From Octopus sinensis (lineage: Eukaryota), in the NCBI RefSeq assembly GCF_006345805.1, contig NC_043014.1, positions 19,964,001 to 20,028,000 on the forward strand: a DNA stretch of 64,000 nt. The letters are read 5' to 3'. The notes beneath the pieces are model-generated. The model saw nothing but the letters and a program-made list of their open reading frames with translations. It ran no database searches and had not been told where the DNA came from. Positions 52,798-64,000 of the stretch are shown piece after piece. The translations under genes were made by a program, and so were the position numbers. Positions within the stretch are counted from its first letter, which is position 1, and each line of letters begins with the position of its first letter.

Positions 52798-55700
52798 CCC
52801 TTTTATATAATGTAATAATTTGAATTTGCCTTAAATGGTCCCTTTGCATACTGAATACTTGGTGAAATTGATTAATTAATTAATTAATTTTACCCTCAAT
52901 TGTTGAAATTATAATTCATCTCTCTCTACTTAATTGTCTCGGATTTTACCGAAAAAAGCATAGTGTTTGCTGATTTTAACCCACGCTGGTGGAAAGTGGA
53001 GAGCAGAAATTTTTCTCTTGCATATTTGAGTTTGTTGGCACTGTTAGTTTGGAACAGATCTTCAGAAGCGATAACAAGCCGAAAGGGTATGCTCCCATTT
53101 TCAGTGTTTTCAATTCAAACAAGGGCATTCTGAGCTGATGAGAGAAGGGTCGATTTTGGCTAATCTTGAAACGTACGTACTCAAATAACCTTTGCATTTG
53201 ATTTTTTAATGTCTCTACCCTCATACTTTCTTGAGTTGAATTGAGCAAACACTATATGAGAGAGGTTTTCTTTAAGTGTTAGAAATAGTTTTTTTAGCTG
53301 CTATTTCTAACGAGTTCAGTATGCGGCAAAGTAATTTATTTTACTAAGCCCTTTTATATAATGTAATAATTTGAATTTGCCTTAAATGGTCCCTTTGCAT
53401 ACTGAATACTTGGTGAAATTGATTAATTAATTAATTAATTTTACCCTCAATTGTTGAAATTATAATTCATCTCTCTCTCTACTTAATTGTCTCGGATTTT
53501 ACCGAAAAAAGCATAGTGTTTGCTGATTTTAACCCACGCTGGTGGAAAGGGGAGCGCAGAAATTTTTCTCTTGCATATTTGAGTTTGTTGGCACTGTTAG
53601 TTTGGAACAGATCTTCAGAAGCGATAACAAGCCGAAAGGGTATGCTCCCATTTTCAGTGTTTTCAAATTCAAACAAGGGCATTCTGAGCTGATGAGAGAA
53701 GGGTCGATTTTGGCTAATCTTGAAACGTACGTACTCAAATAACCTTTGCATTTGATTTTTTAATGTCTCTACCCTCATACTTTCTTGAGTTGAATTGAGC
53801 AAACACTATATGAGAGAGGTTTTCTTTAAGTGTTAGAAATAGTTTTTTTAGCTGCTATTTCTAACGAGTTCAGTATGCGGCAAAGTAATTTATTTTACTA
53901 AGCCCTTTTATATAATGTAATAATTTGAATTGCCTTAAATGGTCCCTTTGCATACTGAATACTTGGTGAAATTGATTAATTAATTAATTAATTTTACCCT
54001 CAATTGTTGAAATTATAATTCATCTCTCTCTACTTAATTGTCTCGGATTTTACCGAAAAAAGCATAGTGTTTGCTGATTTTAACCCACGCTGGTGGAAAG
54101 GGGGAGCAGAAATTTTTCTCTTGCATATTTGAGTTTGTTGGCACTGTTAGTTTGGAACAGATCTTCAGAAGCGATAACAGCCGAAAGGGTATGCTCCCAT
54201 TTTCAGTGTTTTCAAATTCAAACAAGGGCATTCTGAGCTGATGAGAGAAGGGTCGATTTTGGCTAATCTTGAAACGTACGTACTCAAATAACCTTTGCAT
54301 TTGATTTTTTAATGTCTCTACCCTCATACTTTCTTGAGTTGAATTGAGCAAACACTATATGAGAGAGGTTTTCTTTAAGTGTTAGAAATAGTTTTTTTAG
54401 CTGCTATTTCTAACGAGTTCAGTATGCGGCAAAGTAATTTATTTTACTAAGCCCTTTTATATAATGTAATAATTTGAATTTGCCTTAAATGGTCCCTTTG
54501 CATACTGAATACTTGGTGAAATTGATTAATTAATTAATTAATTTTACCCTCAATTGTTGAAATTATAATTCATCTCTCTCTACTTAATTGTCTCGGATTT
54601 TACCGAAAAAAGCATAGTGTTTGCTGATTTTAACCCACGCTGGTGGAAAGGGGGAGCAGAAATTTTTCTGTTGCATATTTGAGTTTGTTGGCACTGTTAG
54701 TTTGGAACAGATCTTCAGAAGCGATAACAAGCCGAAAGGGTATGCTCCCATTTTCAGTGTTTTCAAATTCAAACAAGGGCATTCTGAGCTGATGAGAGAA
54801 GGGTCGATTTTGGCTAATCTTGAAACGTACGTACTCAAATAACCTTTGCATTTGATTTTTTAATGTCTCTACCCTCATACTTTCTTGAGTTGAATTGAGC
54901 AAACACTATATGAGAGAGGTTTTCTTTAAGTGTTAGAAATAGTTTTTTTAGCTGCTATTTCTAACGAGTTCAGTATGCGGCAAAGTAATTTATTTTACTA
55001 AGCCCTTTTATATAATGTAATAATTTGAATTTGCCTTAAATGGTCCCTTTGCATACTGAATACTTGGTGAAATTGATTAATTAATTAATTAATTTTACCC
55101 TCAATTGTTGAAATTATAATTCATCTCTCTCTACTTAATTGTCTCGGATTTTACCGAAAAAACATAGTGTTTGCTGATTTTAACCCACGCTGGTGGAAAG
55201 GGGAGAGCAGAAATTTTTCTCTTGCATATTTAGTTTGTTGGCACTGTTAGTTTGGAACAGATCTTCAGAAGCGATAACAAGCCGAAAGGGTATGCTCCCA
55301 TTTTCAGTGTTTTCAAATTCAAACAAGGGCATTCTGAGCTGATGAGAGAAGGGTCGATTTTGCTAATCTTGAAACGTACGTACTCAATAACCTTTGCATT
55401 TGATTTTTTAATGTCTCTACCCTCATACTTTCTTGAGTAATTGAGCAAACACTATATGAGAGAGGTTTTCTTAAGTGTTAGAAATAGTTTTTTTAGCTGC
55501 TATTTCTAACGAGTTCAGTATGCGGCAAAGTAATTTATTTTACTAAGCCCTTTTATATAATGTAATAATTTGATTTGCCTTAAATGGTCCCTTTGCATAC
55601 TGAATACTTGGTGAAATTGATTAATTAATTAATTAATTTTACCCTCAATTGTTGAAATTATAATTCATCTCTCTCTACTTAATTGTCTCGGATTTTACCG

Positions 55701-58700
55701 AAAAAAGCATAGTGTTGCTGATTTTAACCCACGCTGGTGGAAAGGGGAGAGCAGAATTTTTCTCTTGCATATTTGAGTTTGTTGGCACTGTTAGTTTGGA
55801 ACAGATCTTCAGAGCGATAACAAGCCGAAAGGGTATGCTCCCATTTTCAGTGTTTTCAAATTCAAACAAGGGCATTCTGAGCTGATGAGAGAAGGGTCGA
55901 TTTTGGCTAATCTTGAAACGTACGTACTCAAATAACCTTTGCATTTGATTTTTTAATGTCTCTACCCTCATACTTTCTTGAGTTGAATTGAGCAAACACT
56001 ATATGAGAGAGGTTTTCTTAAGTGTTAGAAATAGTTTTTTTAGCTGCTATTTCTAACGAGTTCAGTATGCGGCAAAGTAATTTATTTTACTAAGCCCTTT
56101 TATATAATGTAATAATTTGAATTTGCCTTAAATGGTCCCTTTGCATACTGAATACTTGGTGAAATTGATTAATTAATTAATTAATTTTACCCTCAATTGT
56201 TGAAATTATAATCATCTCTCTCTACTTAATTGTCTCGGATTTTACCGAAAAAAGCATAGTGTTTGCTGATTTTAACCCACGCTGGTGGAAAGGGGAGAGC
56301 AGAAATTTTTCTCTTGCATATTTGAGTTTGTTGGCACTGTTAGTTTGGAACAGATCTTCAGAAGCGATAACAAGCCGAAAGGGTATGCTCCCATTTTCAG
56401 TGTTTTCAAATTCAAACAAGGGCATTCTGAGCTGATTAGAGAAGGGTCGATTTTGGCTAATCTTGAAACGTACGTACTCAAATAACCTTTGCATTTGATT
56501 TTTTAATGTCTCTACCCTCATACTTTCTTGAGTTGAATTGAGCAAACACTATATGAGAGAGGTTTTCTTTAAGTGTTAGAAATAGTTTTTTTAGCTGCTA
56601 TTTCTAACGAGTTCAGTATGCGGCAAAGTAATTTATTTTACTAAGCCCTTTTATATAATGTAATAATTTGAATTTGCCTTAAATGGTCCCTTTGCATACT
56701 GAATACTTGGTGAAATTGATTAATTAATTAATTAATTTTACCCTCAATTGTTGAAATTATAATTCATCTCTCTCTACTTAATTGTCTCGGATTTTACCGA
56801 AAAAAGCATAGTGTTTGCTGATTTTAACCCACGCTGGGGAAAGGGGAGAGCAGAAATTTTTCTCTTGCATATTTGAGTTTGTTGGCACTGTTAGTTTGGA
56901 ACAGATCTTCAGAAGCGATAACAAGCCGAAGGGTATGCTCCCATTTTCAGTGTTTTCAAATTCAAACAAGGCATTCTGAGCTGATGAGAGAAGGGTCGAT
57001 TTTGGCTAATCTTGAAACGTACGTACTCAAATAACCTTTGCATTTGATTTTTTAATGTCTCTACCCTCATACTTTCTTGAGTTGAATTGAGCAAACACTA
57101 TATGAGAGAGGTTTTCTTTAAGTGTTAGAAATAGTTTTTTTAGCTGCTATTTCTAACGAGTTCAGTATGCGGCAAAGTAATTTATTTTACTAAGCCCTTT
57201 TATATAATGTAATAATTTGAATTTGCCTTAAATGGTCCCTTTGCATACTGAATACTTGGTGAAATTGATTAATTAATTAATTAATTTTACCCTCAATTGT
57301 TGAAATTATAATTCATCTCTCTCTACTTAATTGTCTCGGTTTTACCGAAAAAGCATAGTGTTTGCTGATTTTAACCCACGCTGGTGGAAAGGGGAGAGCA
57401 GAAATTTTTCTCTTGCATATTTGAGTTTGTTGGCACTGTTAGTTTGGAACAGATCTTCAGAAGCGATAACAAGCCGAAATGGTATGCTCCCATTTTCAGT
57501 GTTTTCAAATTCAAACAAGGGCATTCTGAGCTGATGAGAGAAGGGTCCATTTTGGCTAATCTTGAAACGTACGTACTCAAATAACCTTTGCATTTGATTT
57601 TTTAATGTCTCTACCCTCATACTTTCTTGAGTTGAATTGAGCAAACACTATATGAGAGAGGTTTTTTTAAGTGTTAGAAATAATTTTTTTAGCTGCTATT
57701 TCTAACGAGTTCAGTATGCGGCAAAGTAATTTATTTTATAAAGCCCTTTTATATAATGTAATAATTTGAATTTGCCTTAAATGGTCCCTTTGCATACTGA
57801 ATACTTGGTGAAATTGATTAATTAATTAATTAATTTTACCCTCAATTGTTGAAATTATAATTCATCTCTCTCTACTTAATTGTCTCGGATTTTACCGAAA
57901 AAAGCATAGTGTTTGCTGATTTTAACCCACGCTGGTGGAAAGGGGAGAGCAGAAATTTTTCTCTTGCATATTTGAGTTTGTTGGCACTGTTAGTTTGGAA
58001 CAGATCTTCAGAAGCGATACAAGCCGAAAGGGTATGCTCCATTTTCAGTGTTTTCAAATTCAAACAAGGGCATTCTGAGCTGATGAGAGAAGGGTCGATT
58101 TTGGCTAATCTTGAAACGTACGTACTCAAATAACCTTTGCATTTGATTTTTTAATGTCTCTACCCTCATACTTTCTTGAGTTGAATTGAGCAAACACTAT
58201 ATGAGAGAGGTTTTCTTTAAGTGTTAGAAATAGTTTTTTTAGCTGCTATTTCTAACGAGTTCAGTATGCGGCAAAGTAATTTATTTTACTAAGCCCTTTT
58301 ATATAATGTAATAATTTGAATTTGCCTTAAATGGTCCCTTTGCATACTGAATACTTGGTGAAATTGATTAATTAATTAATTAATTTTACCCTCAATTGTT
58401 GAATTATAATTCATCTCTCTCTACTTAATTGTCTCGGATTTTACGAAAAAACATAGTGTTTGCTGATTTTAACCCACGCTGGTGGAAAGGGGAGAGCAGA
58501 AATTTTTCTCTTGCATATTTGAGTTTGTTGGCACTGTTAGTTTGGAACAGATCTTCAGAAGCGATAACAAGCCGAAATGGTATGCTCCCATTTTCAGTGT
58601 TTTCAAATTCAACAAGGGCATTCTGAGCTGATGAGAGAAGGGTCGATTTTGGCTAATCTTGAAACGTACGTACTCAAATAACCTTTGCATTTGATTTTTT

Positions 58701-58953
58701 AATGTCTCTACCCTCATACTTTCTTGAGTTGAATTGAGCAAACACTATATGAGAGAGGTTTTCTTTAAGTGTTAGAAATAATTTTTTTAGCTGCTATTTC
58801 TAACGAGTTCAGTATGCGGCAAAGTAATTTATTTTACTAAGCCCTTTTATATAATGTAATAATTTGAATTTGCCTTAAATGGTCCCTTTGCATACTGAAT
58901 ACTTGGTGAAATTGATTAATTAATTAATTAATTTTACCCTCAATTGTTGAAAT
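52798..58953 (+). repeat. Tandem array of 11 complete ~550-bp units plus a ~110-bp partial unit, each complete unit with a hammerhead ribozyme (candidate retrozyme or ribozyme satellite)
   Basis: Unit starts (cccttttatataatgtaat) are at 52798, 53349, 53903, 54452, 55003, 55548, 56095, 56646, 57195, 57744, 58294 and 58842. Units differ only by scattered substitutions and 1-bp indels. Confidence 0.97.
53127..53186 (+). ncRNA. Minimal type I hammerhead ribozyme, unit 1 of 11 (others start at 53681, 54230, 54781, 55331, 55874, 56424, 56973, 57523, 58072, 58620)
   Basis: attctgag-CTGATGA-gag[aa ggtcga ttt tggct aat]ctt-GAAA-cgtacg-TA-ctcaaat. Stem I is att(c)tgag/ctcaaat, stem II is gag/ctt plus an inner helix, stem III is the palindrome CGUACG, and the triplet is GUA with predicted cleavage after 53179. 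Confidence 0.88.
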
Positions 58954-59729
58954 ATATATATATACATATATATATATACATACACACACACACACATACA
59001 CACACATGAATGTACAAACTTACACTAGCTCACACGATCTTATACACGAACGTACATACATACATAGTTAGAATGAAAATTTATGTACATAAACTGATTG
59101 AAGTCAATAGTTGCATGAATTCCACATGAATTGTATATTATTTAAACAACCCTTAATATGTGCCGAAGGTACAAATAAGTCATGTTAATTATAATATCTC
59201 AAGTGATATTATATAGCGTTACGCGATTTAAAATTTTCGAAAGGCTTATGTAATGCAAAGTACCGAGATAGTAGTTTTTGAAGGAATCTATTGGGAATAT
59301 AAAGTTAAATCGGAAATCGATAATATATAATTTAACCATGTCCCGATAATTTAAACAAATATATACTGGTATAGAATGAGTCAATTATAATTAGAAAATC
59401 GATGTATCTCAAAATCTATAGAAGTGGAGAGATGCGTCACTCAGCATGCGTGGTTGAAACCGTATAGATGTATACATGTGTGTGTGCGTGAGTATGTATG
59501 TGTGTGTGTGGAGGGGGGGGCATGGAAGGTTTGTGTATGTGTGTATTAGCCATTTAAAACGACACAAACATTATTAACTTCATAAACATTTATTATCTTT
59601 CTTGTGATGTCAACATTTTCATTGCATTGATCTGCAACGAATCTTACAAAGCTCGAATCTTACAAATTCCTAGACTCAGATTATTGGATCTTATAATTAC
59701 ATATATACATGTATGTACGTGTGTATGTG

Positions 59730-59783
<54 letters not shown>

Positions 59784-60409
59784 CATTTATACATAAATCT
59801 CTCTTTCTTTCTACACACATATACACACACACACTTACACATACACACACATATATATAAAGTTAAAATTTAGTGCGCTTGCAGAGCAGTGCTCGGGGTC
59901 TATCTGGACATTTATTGATCAGACCACGTATATATATATATATATATATATATGTAGTTATTCCAAACATGAAAACACAAAGAGAAAACACAACAACGCG
60001 AGGACGTGGAACAAAATCACTTTTGATTGATCTTTGAGTAGATTAAAATTGACGAATCAGGCGAAAACATATTAAGATATTTATATTTAGTTAACATTGT
60101 AGCGCAGGAATCGCAGCAACAGCAGCAGTAGCAACAACAACAACATCGAAACGATAGCTATTTCTAAAACTGAAAAGAAAATATGACATTGGTATAGACA
60201 ACAACAACAAAAACTATAAAGCCAACATGAAATTAAAGATTATATGATGTTTACGTAAAAATAAATATTAGCTATAAGGATATCTAAGGAGACAAACACA
60301 ACGTATAATAATCTTGTGTGATGGGCGTTAAGTTGATTTATTGCTCCCTGGTGCGTGACTGGTATTCAATTCATGGAACCCGGAATGACAGAGTCCGTTC
60401 ATAATAATC

Positions 60410-60965
60410 ATTTTTACTAAAGGCACAAGGTCTGAAACCTTTTGAGAGAAGTGATTAGTCAATTACATCGACTCCGTTATTTCACTGGTACTTAATTTAT
60501 GGACCCCAAAAGTATGAAAAACAAAGTCGACCTCGGTGGAATTTGAACCCAGAATGTAAAGACGAACGAAATGCTGCTAAACGTTTTTCCCGTCGGGCTA
60601 ACGACTCTGCCAGCTCGCCGCCTTAAACCCATTCATAATAATGACAGTTGTTTTTTAAGGCATAATTCTATACGTATCGTCAGAGGGTTTCAGTTAATTA
60701 CATCTAACTGTGTTCTTGACCAGTGCCTTATTTTATCGACTCTGGAATGATAATAGACTAAATTGGCTTGGGTGGAATTTGAACTCCGAATATAAGGAGC
60801 CTGAATAATGATTTTAAATTTTGACACAAGGCTAGCAATTTCGAGGAGGGGATAAGTCGATTACAATGACCCCAGCACTCATCTGGTACTTAATTTTATC
60901 AACTCCGAAAGGATGAAAATTACAGTCGATCTCAGTGGAATTTGAACTCCGAACAAAGAGCTCGA
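60410..60965 (-). mobile_element. Three family C SINE copies in the same orientation (60410-60625, 60680-60800, 60822-60965)
   Basis: Repeated gtcgacctcggtggaatttgaac-type B-box and ctggtacttaattt core; a full head gactctgccagctcgccgcc ends near 60623. Confidence 0.8.
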
Positions 60966-60997
60966 ATAATGATACAAGTTATTTTGTTCCAAGTTAT

Positions 60998-61042
60998 TTA
61001 AGGGAGAAGATACATGATTATGTCATGTATCTTCTCCCTTAA
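60998..61042. other. Perfect 20-bp inverted repeat with 5-nt loop
   Basis: ttaagggagaagatacatga-ttatg-tcatgtatcttctcccttaa. Confidence 0.95.
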
Positions 61043-62059
61043 TTGTTTAAAACTCGTTTGTAACATTCTCTAGTGTATCAAACCCGGAGTGGAGAAGGTA
61101 ACTGTTAATTAAGATGTGATTTAATTCAGAGTGGGACCGGAATAAATACTACTATAAATATCCTGTTTAACTCATATGCCAGGGACCATTCAATAGTACT
61201 ATAGGGATATGAATACAAAACCTTACGAGGATGTACATCGCAACTGAACAACGCCGGGAAAATCAGACGAGTTCCACATTTACAATACACCAACAGAAGA
61301 TTTGTTTTTTAATTTAAAACAAATTTCTTCTGAATACCACTCTTAGTCACTTACACATTCACAACCTGCCGAAAGTCTTCCACAAAATTATATGACATTA
61401 CTAATTTTATTGACGATAAACCTTATATTTCTTTGACTTATAAATTATAACATAAACCTTGGCACATATATGTGATGCATCTGCCTGTCCTTTCACTCCA
61501 GAAAACAAGATACACACTCCTAAAGCCTCCCTCTGAACTATAAAGAAGATATCAGTTTACTCATTGGCGATTTTAATTGTTGTTTGGAACCCAAAATGAA
61601 ATTTAGTCTGCTTTTGATAGCGAAGAGAAATGTAGTCTTTCTCTAGTCTCGTTCACGAATAAAACATCCTGGGAATTATTCACTAATATTTGTTATTAAA
61701 AATCTGCCATAGATTCTACCTGTTGTTGGCAGCGCTAGCGAATGAAGCGTTTTTATTTATGTATTTTTTTACCAAAAGAATATTTGAATGTATTGGCATT
61801 GTTGATGTTGTTTATTTTAGGTCTGTAAACTTTTTAGCTATTAGAATATATTTCCGTTAAATTTCTCTGCAGCTGCATTCGACTGTATTTTTTGAGTGGC
61901 AGATAATCCATGGGAATTTCACGGTACGTGGCGTTGTTGATGTCATAATTAAATGTTACAGAAAGGATTCTGTGATTATATATAAAAGAATCTATGCTTA
62001 TGATGAAACCAAATTAGGCAGTGCAATAACTAGCACCTATTTCTACCTCAGCCAGAGGC

Positions 62060-62126
<67 letters not shown>

Positions 62127-62182
62127 GTTTCAAATTATTCCACAAGGGCAGCAATTTGGGGGAGGGGATAAGTCCATTACAC

Positions 62183-63425
62183 CCTAAGGCAGATATATAA
62201 CATCTCTATCTGCAAAGAAAAGAGGGAGTCTGTGGACTTGTACAACTGGAATTAACAATAAGGATTTCCACAATTGGCCTATAGACACCTACCTGAAACA
62301 CACTGATTACTGGATGTTAAAACTTGTCTCCAAGCATGCAAACAAGAAAGCATCATACTCACTAACAAAACAGGCAAAGGAATATCTAAGTGAATTCCAA
62401 ATATTACAAATTCCAGAATTTGTCGTACTACAAACAAGCAAAGAGAAAGCTAAGCATATCAAAACCCGTGCTAAAACTGGCTCCTTAGATATTCTGACTG
62501 ATAAATGGCAAGAAAGATCCTCTCAATGGCAAATATCCATAGAGAGCTAATAGTGCCGATGTTGACAAAGCCCTTATCTGTCAATGGTTAGTGGCTTCTG
62601 GCTTAAAATCAGAAACACAAGGGTTTATCATAGCAGCCCAAGATCAATGTCTATCTACAAGAAACTACCAGGCCAACATATTAAAGAACAGCAACTGCCC
62701 AACATGTCGTGTTTGTCAACAACAAAATGAAACCATTGATCACGTTGTCTTCAAGTGCAGTCTTCTTGCGCCTACAGAGTATATCAACCGGCATGATATA
62801 TTCCCTGGGTAATTTGCCAAAACCTGGACATGCCCCATGATAAAAACTGATTGGGACACACCACCTCCAGTGCCTGAAAATGATCACATCTCACTCCTCC
62901 GGAACTTCCCCATTCAAACTAACAGAAAGATAGATGCAAATACGGCAGACATTATATCGAAAGACTTCGGAGAAAAATCATGCCTCCTCTGTCCCAATCG
63001 ATATAAACGTATCTGTCAAGACCTACCAAAAACTGAGCAAGTATAAAGATTTTGAAATAGTAACTGGCAAAATATGGAACCTGAAGAATAAAAAAATTCC
63101 TGTTGTCATATGTACCCTAGAAAAGGGGCTGATTGCTACCTAGCTCAGATACCAGCAAACCCTAAAATGGCAGAAATTCAAAAGATAGCGTTCATAGGGC
63201 TACCCATATCCTACGAAAAATACTATCTATGTAATCTCAAGTTTTAAAACAAACTCAAAATGTTCATGTTTTATTTAAAATTCTCTAGAAAAATACTTTG
63301 TGCAAAACCAAATATATGACACCCTAGGCATAACACCAAAATGATCTTCTAACTTGTTGTCTCTTGAGGTGTCTGGGTGAGACTTGGAGCCAACTTGTAC
63401 AAATACAAATCAAAAATCAAACATG
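62183..63425 (+). mobile_element. R4/Dong-like LINE 3' fragment, degraded
   Basis: PKADI, GLVQLEL, WMLKLVSKH, GLKSETQGFIIAAQDQCLSTRNYQANIL, CRVCQQQNETIDHVVFKC, NFPIQTNRKIDAN and KLSKYKDFEI. (TAA)n and a short family C piece lie upstream and a (GAT)n-rich tract lies downstream. Confidence 0.88.
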
Positions 63426-63474
63426 AGGATGATGATGATAAAGATTATAATAACATAATAATAATAACGACGAC

Positions 63475-63523
<49 letters not shown>

Positions 63524-64000
63524 GATGACGACGACGACGACGACGACGACGATGATGCTGATGATGATGATGATGCTGATGATAATGATGATGATAATGA
63601 TGATGATTTCATCTCAATGCGAAGGTTCTTTCATAGGTCCATACTAACAATGTCATGTGAATGACTTCCTTCGACGGGAACTATATATATTCCGACAACG
63701 TCTTCCTTGTAAATCGTTTTTACAATTTGCTACCATATATTATCGATTGCAGTAACCTGTCTAAGAGATGAAGCAAAGGAATACAAAATTCAGGCTGCAA
63801 GTTTATCTCTCATAAAATCAAGCTCTTTATGTTACGTAAATAGCTCTATACTGGTCGTATAGAACCTTTATGGATCATACGGCAGAGCGAGTTTAACACT
63901 AATATTTGTTAGAGCAGCAACTTAAACAGTAATTTTGTCGCATGTCAGTGTGTATGAATATGTGTTAATGTGTGTGTTCGTGTATTTCTATTGCTGTTGT

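Noticed and set aside
53010-53080. Second hammerhead on the minus strand of the unit (CTGAAGA-tct...aga-GAAA-aattt)
   Set aside because: There is no stem I complementarity around a cleavage triplet and no C-G stem III pair, so it is probably coincidental.
52976-58741. Repeated 60-107 aa ORFs (MLNSTQESMRVETLK..., MERGEQKFF...) in the 550-bp array
   Set aside because: Frames shift from unit to unit through 1-bp indels, several starts are non-ATG, and no protein motif is recognisable. The conserved feature is the RNA fold.
52798-58953. Array as CRISPR, rDNA/5S or snRNA cluster
   Set aside because: Whole units are identical (no unique spacers), the context is eukaryotic, and no rRNA, tRNA or snRNA motif was recognised.
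61240-61275. Degenerate Helitron 3' end (gaacaacgccgggaaaatcagacgagt)
   Set aside because: It resembles the 48823 terminus but lacks CTAG, and no matching 5' end was found.

Overview
This window is AT-rich, microsatellite-dense eukaryotic DNA. It is very probably octopus (cephalopod), judged from my recognition of the tRNA-headed SINE families. No host protein-coding gene can be supported, and nearly all ORFs in the supplied track are translations of microsatellites or repeats. The window is a mosaic of retroelement relics: six R4/Dong-like (RLE-type) LINE fragments associated with trinucleotide tracts (mostly (TAA)n), Penelope-like elements (PLE; RT and GIY-YIG relics), RTE and Tx1/L1 fragments, three SINE families and non-autonomous Helitron-like elements. 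The most striking feature is a 6.15-kb head-to-tail array (52798-58953) of 11 complete ~550-bp non-coding units plus a partial unit. Every unit carries a minimal type I hammerhead ribozyme fold (CUGAUGA...GAAA-CGUACG-UA, palindromic stem III), making it a candidate retrozyme or ribozyme satellite that could yield ~550-nt self-cleaved, possibly circular RNAs. Six further solitary or decayed hammerheads of the same design lie elsewhere (3210, 24485, 33225, 37470, 39676, 45601), several next to PLE relics. All folds were read by eye; nothing was computed or searched.
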